NCBI GenBank assembly: GCA_016699975.1
Contig: CP064994.1
Span: 775,828 to 839,827, forward strand
Length of the DNA stretch: 64,000 nucleotides
Direction of reading: 5' to 3'
Source of the DNA: Candidatus Moraniibacteriota bacterium
GTDB taxonomy: Bacteria; Patescibacteriota; Minisyncoccia; Moranbacterales; UBA1568
A program made the position numbers and the translations under genes. Positions within the stretch are counted from its first letter, which is position 1; each line of letters begins with the position of its first letter. Shown one piece after another: positions 10,261-21,279 of the stretch. A model generated the notes under the pieces. It made no database searches. It was not told the origin of the DNA and was given only the letters and a program-made list of their open reading frames with translations.

Positions 10261-10995
10261 ATGCTTTTTGACAATGCCTCTGGAGCCAACGGGTTCAATT
10301 TTTTCTGGATAGTCCTTTTTCTCAGCTCCCTCCTCCTCATATTCATTTCTGTATGGTCTCAAATAGAGATACAAAAACTCCAGGAACGGGTAAAGGAGCT
10401 TGAGGATGAAAGAGAAACCGACCCGTTCACTGGGCTACTGAATTATCGCGGTTTCCAATCAGCTCTTCTCCGAACCGTATATCCCGACTTAGACCGGGCT
10501 TGTGACAAGGGTCGTTCACCGAATGCATTCTTGTTCTTCATTGATATGGATAATCTCAAAGCTCTCAATGATACACTCGGACATGAGGCAGCAGATAAGG
10601 TAATTCTTCTTCTCGCTTCACTCCTCGAGAGCTCTCTGCGCGACAATGATATCGTAGCGAGACGAAGCGGCGATGAATTTCTCATTGTTTTGATGGATAT
10701 GTCTCTTCTTCAGTCAATAGAAATTCTTCGCAGAATTTCTAGAGATTTCCAAGAGAGATCTCGGTCTATTCTGGAAAATTCTTCAAATGGAGAAAAACTG
10801 ACGGCAAGTTTTTCAGCAGGAGGAGTATCTCTTAACGATGAAAAACTATCCTTTTCATTTAGCAGAGATCAACGTCAAACATTGAGAACAGAAGATATGA
10901 TAAACAAAATCAATACTTCAGATATGCTTTCTCAACAAGCAAAACGTGCAGGGAAGAAGAGGCTCCGTATTAAAAACAAAGAATACGAACTCTAA
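10261..10995 (+). CDS. GGDEF-domain protein (putative diguanylate cyclase) with N-terminal TM and coiled coil
   Basis: LTGLLNYRGF..FLFFIDMDNLKALNDTLGHEAAD..RRSGDEFLIVL (degenerate GGDEF as RSGDEF) fold motifs. Confidence 0.8.
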   Translation: MLFDNASGANGFNFFWIVLFLSSLLLIFISVWSQIEIQKLQERVKELEDERETDPFTGLLNYRGFQSALLRTVYPDLDRACDKGRSPNAFLFFIDMDNLKALNDTLGHEAADKVILLLASLLESSLRDNDIVARRSGDEFLIVLMDMSLLQSIEILRRISRDFQERSRSILENSSNGEKLTASFSAGGVSLNDEKLSFSFSRDQRQTLRTEDMINKINTSDMLSQQAKRAGKKRLRIKNKEYEL

Positions 10996-11002
10996 ATTCG
11001 AA

Positions 11003-11026
11003 AAAGGGCAACCGCAGTTGCCCTTT
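11003..11026. terminator. bidirectional intrinsic terminator between GGDEF gene and pepA
   Basis: aaagggcaac-cgca-gttgcccttt hairpin flanked by A-run upstream and T-run downstream. Confidence 0.55.
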
Positions 11027-11055
11027 TCATTTTGAAAATTTTCGTGGGATATAAA

Positions 11056-12473
11056 TCAATAAGCCTCCGCAATTTTCAGCAGCAAGCGAACCGGCGCGCC
11101 TGCCGCTCCTTTCGCAAGGTATTCCCCTTCGACGGCAGTCATCCGCGGAGCCATATCGATATGCACCCATCGATACCCGATCGCAAATTGCGCAAGAAAC
11201 GCCGCGGCCGTAATCGCCCCTCCCCATTTTGTTCGACCAATATTCGCAACATCGCCAAACGTACCACGAATTTCCTCGTCATATTCTTCCCAGAGAGGGA
11301 GGGGCCACACAAAGTCTCCGGAAAGTTCTCCGAGCTCACGAATACCTTTTTCGAGTTCAGCATCTCTCGTAAAAATTGCCGAGGCTCGCTCGCCGAGGGC
11401 AACGAGCGCTGCTCCCGTTAACGTTGCCACATCAACGACGAGTCTCGGATGGTATCGCTTCGCATAGTGCAGTGCGTCTGCGAGGATAATTCTTCCTTCG
11501 GCATCGGTATTGAGCACCTCTATCGTTTTCCCACTCATCGAGCGAAGCACGTCTCCGGGTCGATAACTCGAACCGGATGGCATATTCTCAACCGCCGGAA
11601 TAAGTGCCACCAAATTCTTCCGCACACCAAGTCGCGCCGAAAGCGAGAGCGCGTGAAGTACAGCGGCGCCGCCCGACATATCCATATTCATTCCAAGAAT
11701 TGCATCCGACGGCTTCAAATTAATACCTCCGGTATCGAAGGTCACTCCCTTCCCCACAAAGACAATGGGCGATTCGCGAACATCTTTTGCTCCCCGATAC
11801 TCGAGAAGAATGAGTTTCGGTGGAATCGCCGATCCCTTCCTACGCCCACGATTCCGCCCATGCCACACTTTCGCATTTCTCGCTCTTCGAGAATTTTGAC
11901 GCGCATACCTCTTTGCGCGGCGATACGTTTCGCTTCGAAAGCAAGTGTTTCAGGCGTCACCTCCCCTCCCGGAAGATTTGCAAGACGCCGACACGCATTC
12001 ACTTCTTCTCCGATTGTCGCTCCGCGTTTGCATCCTTTTTGAAAGCGAGAAGAAGCGCCTGTAAAAATAATGTCCCCAACAAAAGGAAATCCTTCTGGTG
12101 GTTCGGTCAAAAATTCTACAAACTGAAAATTGGCCATTTCACTCTGCGTTGAAATGATTTCTCCATACTCCTCATCGGACAAAGTGAGGGATGGAAAGCA
12201 AAACTCATGAGTTTCCAGAAGACAGCGCCGAATACGATTCGATTTGGCAAGCGCAATCATTCTCCGAAGAAGAAGTATATATTTTCGGCGCGTCATGGCA
12301 TTGGCATCCGGAACCGAAAGGAGAATTTCCGTTTCCCCTGTTTCATTTCGCGTGACTTCGTCCGCCGCCGAAGAGACAATACGAATCCGAGCACTCTTTC
12401 CTTCCGCACGGTTCTTCACTTGCGAAAAACGATATCGAATCGTATGAGGGAGCATAGGAGAAAAAAACAGCAA
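11056..12473 (-). CDS. pepA: leucyl aminopeptidase (M17 family), interrupted by one apparent frameshift
   Basis: N-terminal fragment 11742..12473 (..NLPGGEVTPETLAFEAKRIA..GMGGIVGVGR) and C-terminal fragment 11056..11868 (PKLILLEY..VGKGVTFDTGGINLK..NTDAEGRIILADAL) are in different frames; junction about 11860-11870. Confidence 0.8.
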
Positions 12474-12635
12474 GTAATTTCGGTAAATTGCTTTTCCGGT
12501 TCAGCTTTTTATTACTGATCCGAAACATCCATCGAGACCGTCAAAATGAATCTTACACTGTCTCTTCTTCTTAAATCAAGGAAAGTACTTTCCCTTCTCT
12601 TCCGGAAGCACGAAGAGAGCCTCTTCGAATTAGAC

Positions 12636-12662
12636 AAAAACCCCTCGTCACAGGACGAGGGG
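12636..12662 (-). terminator. rho-independent terminator after rpsI
   Basis: cccctcgt-cacagg-acgagggg hairpin followed (minus strand) by TTTTTG. Confidence 0.6.
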
Positions 12663-12697
12663 TTCCATTCTCATTCTTATTTCCAACCGGATTGACT

Positions 12698-13192
12698 CTA
12701 GCGCTTCGACCACTGAGGGGCCCGACGGGCTTTCTTGAGACCCGGCTTCTTTCGTTCCACTTTTCGAGAGTCCCTCGAAAGAAACTTCCCGGATTTAAGA
12801 AGGGAGCGATGCTCTGCATTCAGAGTAACGAGCGCTCGCGAAAGAGCAAGGCTGGTTGCGGAGGCCTGACCCACAGGGCCGCCTCCTCTCACATGAACGG
12901 AAATGCGGAATCGATTTTCAAGACCGAGGAGTTGAAGTGGGGCCAAAAAGATCTGCCGCAAACTCGCAGTCGGAAAATAAACGTCTCCTGGCTTTTCATT
13001 GATGAGAATCGTCGCCTGACTTTCTTCAGATACCGCAAAGAGGCGGGCACGAGAAACCGCTGTTTTCCGACGACCCACACCGGCAAAATAGACCGAAGAA
13101 GGATCGGGACGCTGTTCCTTTTTTGAATCCTTTTCACGAGGCTTTGCCTCCTCCTTCTCCTCTTTTTCCTGAATTGTATCCTTCATTGCCAT
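12698..13192 (-). CDS. rpsI: 30S ribosomal protein S9 (with N-terminal acidic/lysine-rich extension)
   Basis: C-terminus ..KKPGLKKARRAPQWSKR is the S9 signature; start placed at MAMKD. Confidence 0.9.
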   Translation of the reverse strand: MAMKDTIQEKEEKEEAKPREKDSKKEQRPDPSSVYFAGVGRRKTAVSRARLFAVSEESQATILINEKPGDVYFPTASLRQIFLAPLQLLGLENRFRISVHVRGGGPVGQASATSLALSRALVTLNAEHRSLLKSGKFLSRDSRKVERKKPGLKKARRAPQWSKR

Positions 13193-13205
13193 AAATATCG
13201 TACCG

Positions 13206-13604
13206 TTAGAGAGTGACCAATGGAGCAGTATGCGCATGCTTCTCGTCCTTATAGAGAAGAAGGCGCTTCATCATGAGATCTCGAAGTTTGTTCTTGGGAA
13301 GCATTCCGAAAACGGCCGACTCGATGATTTTTCGGGAATCCTTTTTTCTTTGATCTTTGAGGCTGATTGAAGTGATGCCGCCCGGATATCCGCTGAATCG
13401 ATGATATATCTTTTGCTCATTCTTCTTTCCGGTTACCACGACGCCATCCGTATTGAGTACGATCACAAAATCGCCGCCGTCAATATGTGGAGCGAAATCA
13501 ATTTTTCGCTTTCCGGAAAGCGCCTCCGCAACCTGAGTCGCGAGGCGACCCAGTATTTTTCCTTGAGCGTCGATAACGAAATATTTTCGATTCATACGAT
13601 ACAT
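13206..13604 (-). CDS. rplM: 50S ribosomal protein L13
   Basis: MNRKYFVIDAQGKILGRLAT.. typical L13 N-terminus. Confidence 0.9.
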   Translation of the reverse strand: MYRMNRKYFVIDAQGKILGRLATQVAEALSGKRKIDFAPHIDGGDFVIVLNTDGVVVTGKKNEQKIYHRFSGYPGGITSISLKDQRKKDSRKIIESAVFGMLPKNKLRDLMMKRLLLYKDEKHAHTAPLVTL

Positions 13605-13987
13605 TAGTCCACGAATTCAAGCACCGCCACTCGAGCTCCATCCGATCGGCGAGGCGGCATTTTTATAACCCGCGCATATCCGCTCTGCCGAGAAGAAAAA
13701 CGCGACACAAAATCTCGGTCAGAAAGACGGTGAAGCGTTACCGAAGAAACGCGTTTCTTAAGAAGACGAAGAATGGCAACACGTCGCGACGAATCGGTAT
13801 CCGATACTGACCCTGCTTCTTTCGCAAAATTGAGAAGGCGATCAACACGAGATTTTATCTCTTTCGCTCGCGCTTCCGTCGTCGTGATTCTGCCGTGCAC
13901 CACAAGGCTTTCGACCAGACCTCGCACGAGGGCTCGCCGTCCATTTCGATTTCGTTCGAGTTTTCGACCTGCATGTACGTGCTTCAT
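13604..13987 (-). CDS. rplQ: 50S ribosomal protein L17
   Basis: MKHVHAGRKLERNRNGRRALVRGLV..HGRITTTEARAKE.. L17 signature. Confidence 0.9.
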   Translation of the reverse strand: MKHVHAGRKLERNRNGRRALVRGLVESLVVHGRITTTEARAKEIKSRVDRLLNFAKEAGSVSDTDSSRRVAILRLLKKRVSSVTLHRLSDRDFVSRFSSRQSGYARVIKMPPRRSDGARVAVLEFVD

Positions 13988-14037
13988 AGGAAACTTTCAG
14001 CAAAAATTCTCAGGTGTATTGAAGGAAAAGCTTCAGT

Positions 14038-14982
14038 TCAAATTTTCTCTTCTTCTTTGAAAGCGAGTCCGGCACTCCGAAGAGCATCTCGTATTTCCTC
14101 CATACCTTTCTCTCCGAGTCCTGAGAAGTTCTGCACTTCTTCTTCAGAAAGAGCGGCAAGACCTTGAAGAGAGACAACCTCATAGGCTTCCAACACTTTT
14201 TTCGTTCGAACCGAGAGTTCTCCAAAAGATTCATCCCCGTTCGTTTCTGTAAGTACATCCGTCTTCCCAAAGAGCGCAGAAAACTGTTCTATGAGAATCG
14301 AGGTGGCTCGTCGAAAAGCTTCTTCAGGCGTAATACTTCCATCGGTCAACACTTCAAGTGTGATCCGATCAAAATCCGTTCGTTTCCCGACACGCATATT
14401 CTCGATCGTATAGTTCACCCGTTCGATAGGAGTATAGATCGCATCGATGGCAATTACCCCAATTTCTTTTTCTTTTCGTTCCTGATGTTCAACAGGCACA
14501 TAGCCGAGTCCTCGCTCGACGGTCAGTTCCATTTCGAGTTCGGCTTTTTTATCGGTCAGCGTCGCAATAAGCTGCTTCTCGTTCACGACTTCGAGAGAAG
14601 ATGGGGTGTGAAGAGCTCCGGAAAAAACTTCTCCTTCTCCCTTCGCCTTGAGTGTCACTTTAACCGGTTCATCCCCATGCATACGGAAACGAACTTTCTT
14701 TAAATTGAGAAGAATACGAACCATGTCTTCCATCACTCCCGGAAGCGTCGAGAATTCATGAGAGACACCCGCTATCTTGACGGAAGTAATCGCTGCCCCA
14801 TCAAGAGAAGAGAGGAGGACGCGACGAAGGGCGTTTCCCAAGGTCGCTCCATAGCCTGGATAGCAGCCGTCGATTTCGAATTTTCCGAAATTGGTTCCAA
14901 GTTCGGTATATCGTGGAACTTCCGGAAGAGAAATATTGCGCATACCGTTTTCCATTCCTCCCGAGACAACCCTTCGCGACAC
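14038..14982 (-). CDS. rpoA: DNA-directed RNA polymerase subunit alpha
   Basis: 314 aa; N-terminal dimerisation domain and alpha-CTD (..EEVQNFSGLGEKGMEEIRDALRSAGL..). Confidence 0.9.
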   Translation of the reverse strand: MSRRVVSGGMENGMRNISLPEVPRYTELGTNFGKFEIDGCYPGYGATLGNALRRVLLSSLDGAAITSVKIAGVSHEFSTLPGVMEDMVRILLNLKKVRFRMHGDEPVKVTLKAKGEGEVFSGALHTPSSLEVVNEKQLIATLTDKKAELEMELTVERGLGYVPVEHQERKEKEIGVIAIDAIYTPIERVNYTIENMRVGKRTDFDRITLEVLTDGSITPEEAFRRATSILIEQFSALFGKTDVLTETNGDESFGELSVRTKKVLEAYEVVSLQGLAALSEEEVQNFSGLGEKGMEEIRDALRSAGLAFKEEEKI

Positions 14983-15074
14983 CTGGCTCTTCTCCTCTTT
15001 TAAGGGAGAAAACGGTTTCGGAAGACCTGTCGGAAAGCGGGTTAAAAATAGCTTGGCTCTTCATGCTTACTCAT

Positions 15075-15127
15075 GCGACACCATACCCCACTTTTTCGTA
15101 TTTCACGAAAGAAGAAAATGGTGTCGC
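15075..15127 (-). promoter_or_regulatory. 10-bp inverted repeat (gcgacaccat ... atggtgtcgc, 33-nt loop) in the unusually long (250 nt) rpsD-rpoA spacer; possible regulatory RNA structure
   Basis: seen directly in sequence; function inferred only. Confidence 0.25.
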
Positions 15128-15229
15128 CCGAGAAGCGCTCGCTTGCAGAGTGAAAACAAAAAATAAAGAAAGCTTTGTAACTGAACTGATCGGTTTCGGG
15201 AATGTCCCTTTCGCAAAAACCTTCTTTTT

Positions 15230-15859
15230 TTATTTCGAATAATACTCGACTACGGACTGCGGATCAACGGAAACGCCGATATCATTGCGGGTAGGAAGTC
15301 CAATCACCTTTCCTTCGAATTTATCTCCACGAGCTTCCAGCCATCCGGGGATATTTTTCTGAGCCGAAAGCTGGGTCTTCTTGTGAAGAAAATAATTTTT
15401 CTCTGCTTTGGTGCTTGCAAGCGTTACCACATCTCCCACCTTGATCTCGGCAGAAGGGATGGAAAGCGGCTTACCGTTCACAAGAAAAGCGCGATGAGAG
15501 ACAAGTTGTCTCGCGAGCGCTCTCGACGAAGCAAAACCCAAACGATATACAACGCTGTCGAGACGCATCTCGAGACGAGCAAGTAAAAGGTCTCCAGTAA
15601 CCCCCTTTCGACGGCGCACATCTTCGTAATGCTTGCGGAACTGCTTTTCGAGAATACCGTAAATGCGCTTGATGCGTTGTTTCATGGCAAGCTGCTTTCC
15701 GTATTCACTCTGACTTCGCGAAACGGTTTTCCCGTGGACTCCCGGAGCATATGCCTTCCGTGTAAGGGCACATTTTGGACTAAAACAACGCTCCCCTTTC
15801 AAGAAGAGTTTCTCTCCAGCTCGTCGGCACAGTCTGCATTTATCGAGATTTCTCGCCAT
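15230..15859 (-). CDS. rpsD: 30S ribosomal protein S4
   Basis: MARNLDKCRLCRRAGEKLFLKGERC..S4 zinc-ribbon-like N-terminus and S4 domain. Confidence 0.9.
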   Translation of the reverse strand: MARNLDKCRLCRRAGEKLFLKGERCFSPKCALTRKAYAPGVHGKTVSRSQSEYGKQLAMKQRIKRIYGILEKQFRKHYEDVRRRKGVTGDLLLARLEMRLDSVVYRLGFASSRALARQLVSHRAFLVNGKPLSIPSAEIKVGDVVTLASTKAEKNYFLHKKTQLSAQKNIPGWLEARGDKFEGKVIGLPTRNDIGVSVDPQSVVEYYSK

Positions 15860-15903
15860 AAACAATTGAGTAGAACACAAACAAAACTTTCAAAATGAAA
15901 ACG

Positions 15904-16428
15904 TTAGACACGGCGGGGTTTCCGAGGTCGACATCCTCCATGTGGCAGCGGGGTAATATCGCGAATAGAAAGCAGTATGAGTCCGTTGTTCGCAAGAGCG
16001 CGAACCGCTGCCTCTCGCCCGCTTCCCACCCCTTTTATAAACACTTCTACTTCTTGGAGACCGAATTTACGAACTTTTTCTACCACTTCGCTTACGACCT
16101 GAGTCGCCGCATAGGGCGTCGATTTCTTCGCTCCCTTAAACCCAAGATGTCCAGAGCTTGACCACGCAAGCGTCGCTCCGTTCATATCGGTAAGCGTTAC
16201 AATCGTATTGTTATAGCTGCATTGAATACTTGCGCGACCACGAGCCACTTGATTTTTCCATTTCTTCTTTTTCTTCGCCAGAGCACCGGCCGAGTCAAGA
16301 GCAGAATTTTCCGAAGAAACAGTTTCTTCGGTTGACTCTTGTTCTTCTGATTTTTCTTTACTTCCGTTGCGGTCATAATTTGAAAATTCACAAACACTGT
16401 TCTTTTCTGGAAAGAGTGAAACCCTCAT
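15904..16428 (-). CDS. rpsK: 30S ribosomal protein S11 (with about 50-aa acidic N-terminal extension)
   Basis: ..GRASIQCSYNNTIVTLTDMNGATLAWSSSGHLGFKGAKKSTPYAA.. S11 core. Confidence 0.9.
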   Translation of the reverse strand: MRVSLFPEKNSVCEFSNYDRNGSKEKSEEQESTEETVSSENSALDSAGALAKKKKKWKNQVARGRASIQCSYNNTIVTLTDMNGATLAWSSSGHLGFKGAKKSTPYAATQVVSEVVEKVRKFGLQEVEVFIKGVGSGREAAVRALANNGLILLSIRDITPLPHGGCRPRKPRRV

Positions 16429-16448
16429 TCACACCTCCACAACGTTTT

Positions 16449-16838
16449 TTAGGTCTTATCCGCTGCCTTCTTTCGTCCGCTTCCCATAGTCTTGCGAACG
16501 TTACCACGAACAGTTCGAGTATTCGTTTTCGTTCTTTGGCCGCGAGCCGGAAGATTCTTCTGGTGGCGCCCCCCTCGGTAACACCCGATATCCTTGAGTC
16601 GCTTGATATTCGTTTTTACCGCGTGACGAAGTTCACCTTCTACACGATGCTTTTTCTCGATCACTTCTCGCAGACGACTCGCATCATCAAGCGAAAGATC
16701 TCGAGAGCGTGTGTTCGGATCAATGGAAAGTTCATGCAGAATTTTTTGACTTGTAGTAAGGCCGATGCCATAGACATACGTGAGCGCGATTTCGATCCGC
16801 TTCTCATCAGGAATGTTGATACCGGCGATACGAACCAT
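16449..16838 (-). CDS. rpsM: 30S ribosomal protein S13
   Basis: MVRIAGINIPDEKRIEIALTYVYGIG.. S13 signature. Confidence 0.9.
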   Translation of the reverse strand: MVRIAGINIPDEKRIEIALTYVYGIGLTTSQKILHELSIDPNTRSRDLSLDDASRLREVIEKKHRVEGELRHAVKTNIKRLKDIGCYRGGRHQKNLPARGQRTKTNTRTVRGNVRKTMGSGRKKAADKT

Positions 16839-16886
16839 ACAAGAAAACTGAGATATTATGAAAACAGTGCAGGAGTTGGGATGAAG

Positions 16887-17000
16887 TTAGCCTTGTCGTT
16901 GCTTGTGTTTCTTGACAGAACAAATCACATACAGATTCCCTCTGCGTTTTACCACCTTACAATGGGCGCAAATTTTTTTAACTGAAGCCCTGACTTTCAT
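16887..17000 (-). CDS. rpmJ: 50S ribosomal protein L36
   Basis: Hand-translated minus strand: [37 protein letters not shown] (37 aa, C-x2-C..C-x..H zinc ribbon); below the ORF-track size cut-off. Confidence 0.85.
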   Translation of the reverse strand: MKVRASVKKICAHCKVVKRRGNLYVICSVKKHKQRQG

Positions 17001-17039
17001 AAAAATAGGCCCTAGAAGGAAAAGACTCGCTTGTTCCAA

Positions 17040-17291
17040 TTACTTCATTCTTTGAACGATGCGCCCTCGATTCAAATCGTACGGGCTCATCTCGAGAATA
17101 ACGCGATCTCCCGGCAGAAGACGAATATAATTCACTCGCATTCTTCCAGAAATATGCGCGAGCACTTCGTGTCCGTTATCGAGACGAACTCGAAATGACG
17201 TACTGGGAAGCGATTCTATCACTTCTCCTTCAACACGAATGACTTCTTTATCTTTATTCAAACCCATAGAAAGCTCGGGGGCGTTTGACAC
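17040..17291 (-). CDS. infA: translation initiation factor IF-1
   Basis: ..[44 protein letters not shown].. S1-like OB fold of IF-1. Confidence 0.9.
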   Translation of the reverse strand: MSNAPELSMGLNKDKEVIRVEGEVIESLPSTSFRVRLDNGHEVLAHISGRMRVNYIRLLPGDRVILEMSPYDLNRGRIVQRMK

Positions 17292-17374
17292 AAACCAATG
17301 CTTTCTCTATCCGTCATTCCTCTTGCGCAAAACCCCTACTAAAAATGAAGAGAAAAAAACGGAGTAACAAAGAA

Positions 17375-17395
17375 TCGGCGGTTGCCTCCCGCCGA
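17375..17395 (-). terminator. putative intrinsic terminator between pgk and infA
   Basis: tcggcgg-ttgcctc-ccgccga hairpin followed on the minus strand by a T-rich run. Confidence 0.35.
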
Positions 17396-17554
17396 CGACG
17401 AAAAACGAAGGAATCGGGAGTCGGGAAAAATCAATCCTCGTTCCGGCGTCTCTTCCGCGTCGATCCGAACTTTTCCAAATGCCGTTCAAATTTTTTGAGA
17501 ACAAAGGCATTCTAGCGAAGGATGCTTTTCTTGTCAACACGACTCTCCGGAAGC

Positions 17555-18634
17555 TCAGGAAGCCGTACCGGAGATGCCCTCCGAAAGCGCCGAAAGTCCG
17601 GGAAGAGAGACGCCACTCAGGAATTCAAGCATTGCTCCTCCTCCAGTTGAAACAAATGAGATTTTCTTCATAACGCCCGCCGCCTCAAGGGCAATGATCG
17701 TTTCCCCACCACCCACCACCGAGAACGCTCCCGACTCAAGAATTGCATTGAGAACACGACGCGTTCCTTCCGCATATGCCGGATCTTCGAATTTTCCGAG
17801 AGGCCCATTCCACACTACCGTTTTCGCCGAGAGAACAGCCGCGCGGAATCGCTCAGTTGTTTTGGGACCGATATCGAACCGATTGGGAGCATAGTCTTCG
17901 GGAAGCACCACTCGGTCAGAGAAAGCAATGTGCTCGTCCTCTGCTTCGCACGCGACCCTTCCTCCCACCAGCACTTGATCGTAGCGCTCTTCAAACATAC
18001 GAATGACCGGGAGTTTCGTTTCAATCTTCGCGCCCCCGATAATCGCAACCGCAGGAAGAGTGGGTCTTTCACGAACGAGCGTAAGGTGCTCTACCTCTTG
18101 AAGAAGGTGCGCTCCCGCGTAACTCGGCAAAAATTTCGTTACGCCTGTGACACTTGCCTGATCGCGATGGCACACACTAAAGGCATCATTCACAAAGAGC
18201 TCGAAGGGGCAGGCAAGCTCTTTCGCAAATGCTTCGTCGTTCGACTCATCGCCGGGGGAAAATCGCACGTTTTCAAGAAGGAGCACTTCGTCGGAAGCAA
18301 GCGACTTAAGGCCTTCTTTCACTCCTTCCCCGGTCACAAAGGGAATAAAACGAATGCGCTTCCCGAGAATCCGTTCCGCGTCGTCAGCGATATAACGAAC
18401 CGAAAACCGATCGTCCGGCTTCCCGTCGGGACGACCAAGATGCGTGAGAAGTCCCACCTTCGCCCCGGCAGAGAGCAGAAAATGAACCGTCTCCTTCGCT
18501 GCTTCCACTTTGTAACGTTCCTTCACATCGCGCTTTTCATCGAGTTCGACATTGAAGTCAACTCGGACGAGCACTCGTTTTCCCGAAACATTCACCCCCT
18601 CGAGACGGCGAAGCGACCTATGCATATGATTCAA
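17555..18634 (-). CDS. pgk: phosphoglycerate kinase
   Basis: RVDFNV.. N-domain, ..VVGGGETIIALEAAG..STGGGAMLEFL.. C-domain; 359 aa (compact). Confidence 0.9.
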   Translation of the reverse strand: MNHMHRSLRRLEGVNVSGKRVLVRVDFNVELDEKRDVKERYKVEAAKETVHFLLSAGAKVGLLTHLGRPDGKPDDRFSVRYIADDAERILGKRIRFIPFVTGEGVKEGLKSLASDEVLLLENVRFSPGDESNDEAFAKELACPFELFVNDAFSVCHRDQASVTGVTKFLPSYAGAHLLQEVEHLTLVRERPTLPAVAIIGGAKIETKLPVIRMFEERYDQVLVGGRVACEAEDEHIAFSDRVVLPEDYAPNRFDIGPKTTERFRAAVLSAKTVVWNGPLGKFEDPAYAEGTRRVLNAILESGAFSVVGGGETIIALEAAGVMKKISFVSTGGGAMLEFLSGVSLPGLSALSEGISGTAS

Positions 18635-18696
18635 AAAAAGAATAAAAATTTTCCGGTTCCGTCAAAACTTCTTGAGTGCGCACCTGAATCATATTA

Positions 18697-19801
18697 TTAG
18701 TGGTACCGTCCCATCCCGAGTATGGTAATGATTGTACCGATCATGGAAGTAATGATAGTAAATATCCAAGCACGCATCACCACTTTCGGTTCGGGCCAAC
18801 CGATCGCTTCGAAATGATGGTGAAGCGGTGCGGCGAGAAACACTTTCCGTTTCAAAAATTTCTTACTAAAAAGTTGTATCGCCACACTCCCCGATTCGAG
18901 CACATAGAGAAACGCGATCACAAAAAGAGACAAGGCGGAGTTTGTGAGCAGAGAAACGACGCCCAACGTCAAACCGAGCGACACTGCTCCCGTATCTCCC
19001 ATAAAAAAACGCGCCGGGTAAATATTGAACCAGAGAAAGGCAAGGAGGGCTCCAGAAATCGCCGCGCAAAACGCCGCGAGATCCATCTTGTTCTGAAAAA
19101 AAGCGATGAGCGTAAACGACGCAAACGCACAGAAGAGGACGCCTCCATTCAGTCCATCGAGTCCATCGGTTTCATTCGAGGATATCGCGGCAAAAGAATG
19201 ACAAATATGAAAAGTGGAATATACCACCATCCGATCGAGAAATCGCCCACCGCCGGCACATGGATGCGGTCCCAACCGAGTTTCGCATAGAACCACCATG
19301 CTCCCGTTCCCGCAATTGCAAAGAGCCACCAAAATCGAAGGAGGAACCGCATACCTCCTCCTTTATTCGTTCCGAAACCGCGCACGCTCATCCAGTCATC
19401 GAAAAGTCCGAGGATGCCGCCCGCAACAAGCGCCGACAGCGGAAGCCACACCTGCGGCCGACTCAAAAAATCGAGTCGTGCAATGAAGTTCGTTGATGTA
19501 AACTCGGCAAGTGCCGGAAAAACAAAATGCGAATAGAGCGCGAGAACGAGAACCGGAAACCACAAAAGCACGCCACCCATTGTGGGAGTTCCCGCTTTTT
19601 GGCATGAAGGCTATTCACGAACGTAAGCGGATCTCCCGAGACCCCGCGATCTTTAATGCGAATCCCAATTTTCTTCACGTACAAAATGTGCGTCCACACG
19701 GGCGTCAAATAGAAAGCGAGACAGAAGGAAAGAAATCCCGTCACCAAAACCTTGAGAGCATTCACGACTTCTGGAATGGTTTCGATATTCGCAAATTGCA
19801 T
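18697..19801 (-). CDS. mraY: phospho-N-acetylmuramoyl-pentapeptide transferase MraY, interrupted by two apparent frameshifts
   Basis: Fragments 19463..19801 (N-terminus), 19149..19580 (..MGGVLLW..LGLFDDW..) and 18697..19332 (NETDGLDGL.., PARFFMGDTGA..) lie in three frames; junctions at a t5 run near 19590 and near 19150-19200. Confidence 0.8.
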
Positions 19802-20175
19802 AAGAAAAATTCAGTGCTGCATATCATGATGTCGACTTACAAGGATCGGCTTCTTTCACTTCTTCATACCACACTCATTCGTCATACTCTTCCAAAATAT
19901 TGACTGCCACATTTCACGAGTGTGATTCACATCCGAATATGCCCTAGCGGATCCAGGGAGAGGTCATTCTCTTTAATATACACTCTTCCCGCTCAAAAAT
20001 CTTCGCTCTCGATTCACGCGTATGTCTGATTGCGACATGATATTCACTCAAAAAAGAAATAAAGAGAAACAAGAATGCCATTCAAAAATCAGTCCAAAAA
20101 TATCATCTCCTTTCCACCCTTCCCTTTGCCACGACAAAAGCCTCTCTTTCTTTCTCCCTGACGATTCCGAATGCT

Positions 20176-21279
20176 CTATCGCCAGTAGTGCGACTCAAAA
20201 GCCCACGCGAACATTCTCTTGACGCTCGACCAACGTTCAGGATCGTTCAAGACAACGGAGACGACACGGTGTTCTCGTGTCGGATCAAAAGAAACCGCGA
20301 GAAGCGAATAGCCGGCAAGCGGCGTAAACCCGGTCTTTGCGCCAACCAAATCAGGAAACGTTCCAAGAAGCTGATCGGTATTGAAAATCTCGTGGGCATA
20401 TCGACCGTCAACCGAAGAGATGGTTTCTTTCGGTGTGCGGGCAAGTTCCCACAGAATATCATACTGAAGCGCCCTTGAAGCAATGCGTGCCACATCGAAG
20501 GCAGAGGAGTAGCACTCCGCTTCTCGCCCTTCCGGTTCCAGTCCCGAAGGGGTGCAGAAGTTCGTATTTTGGAGGCCGATCGATCGAGCACGCGCATTCA
20601 TGATTTCTACAAACGCTTCGGGAGAACCAGCCACATGCTTCGCGAGGGCAAGTGCAGCATCGTTTGCGCTGTTCATAAGCGCGGCCTTCAAGAGATTTCG
20701 CACCGTGATATGCTCTCCTTCTTGGAGCCGGACCCCATTACAAAAGCCGGAACGCGGACACCCGACGCGCGTCCCCGCTGTCCTCATAACTTCCCCGTCA
20801 ATCGTCACTGGCTGGTCCAAATCGGAAATGCGCTCAACCGTAATCATAGCGGTCATGAGTTTGGTGAGCGAAGCAATTTGTCGGCGAGTGTGCGCCTGCT
20901 TTTCTTGAAGAACGATGCCTGACTCAGCATCCATCACGATACTCGCATGAGCCGACGGCACTTCGAGATCAGAAATTCCTTCTTTGCGAAGGGGACGAAA
21001 TTCGGTCGCGTGTTCCCGAGACTCAAACGAAAGAGGAGATGCGGGGGGCAATTCCTCCGGTGATTCGGAGTTTTCTTCCACGCTCTTGCCCTTCGACGTC
21101 GATGATTCTGATTCTCCAGAACGACCTCCCGGATCCGGAGACTCGCGCACGATTTTTTCTTCCCGCGCAAACACATGAGACCACTCGGTGCGAAACGGTG
21201 CCTCGCGAGAAAAGACAGTGAAGAAAAATATTCCTCCCGCTCCAAAAAATCCCAGGATAAAAAAGAAAGGTCGCTTCAT
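20176..21279 (-). CDS. D-alanyl-D-alanine carboxypeptidase (S11 peptidase, PBP5/6-like), secreted
   Basis: signal/TM N-terminus, SxxK (ASLTKLMT), SxN (NSANDAA) motifs. Confidence 0.8.
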   Translation of the reverse strand: MKRPFFFILGFFGAGGIFFFTVFSREAPFRTEWSHVFAREEKIVRESPDPGGRSGESESSTSKGKSVEENSESPEELPPASPLSFESREHATEFRPLRKEGISDLEVPSAHASIVMDAESGIVLQEKQAHTRRQIASLTKLMTAMITVERISDLDQPVTIDGEVMRTAGTRVGCPRSGFCNGVRLQEGEHITVRNLLKAALMNSANDAALALAKHVAGSPEAFVEIMNARARSIGLQNTNFCTPSGLEPEGREAECYSSAFDVARIASRALQYDILWELARTPKETISSVDGRYAHEIFNTDQLLGTFPDLVGAKTGFTPLAGYSLLAVSFDPTREHRVVSVVLNDPERWSSVKRMFAWAFESHYWR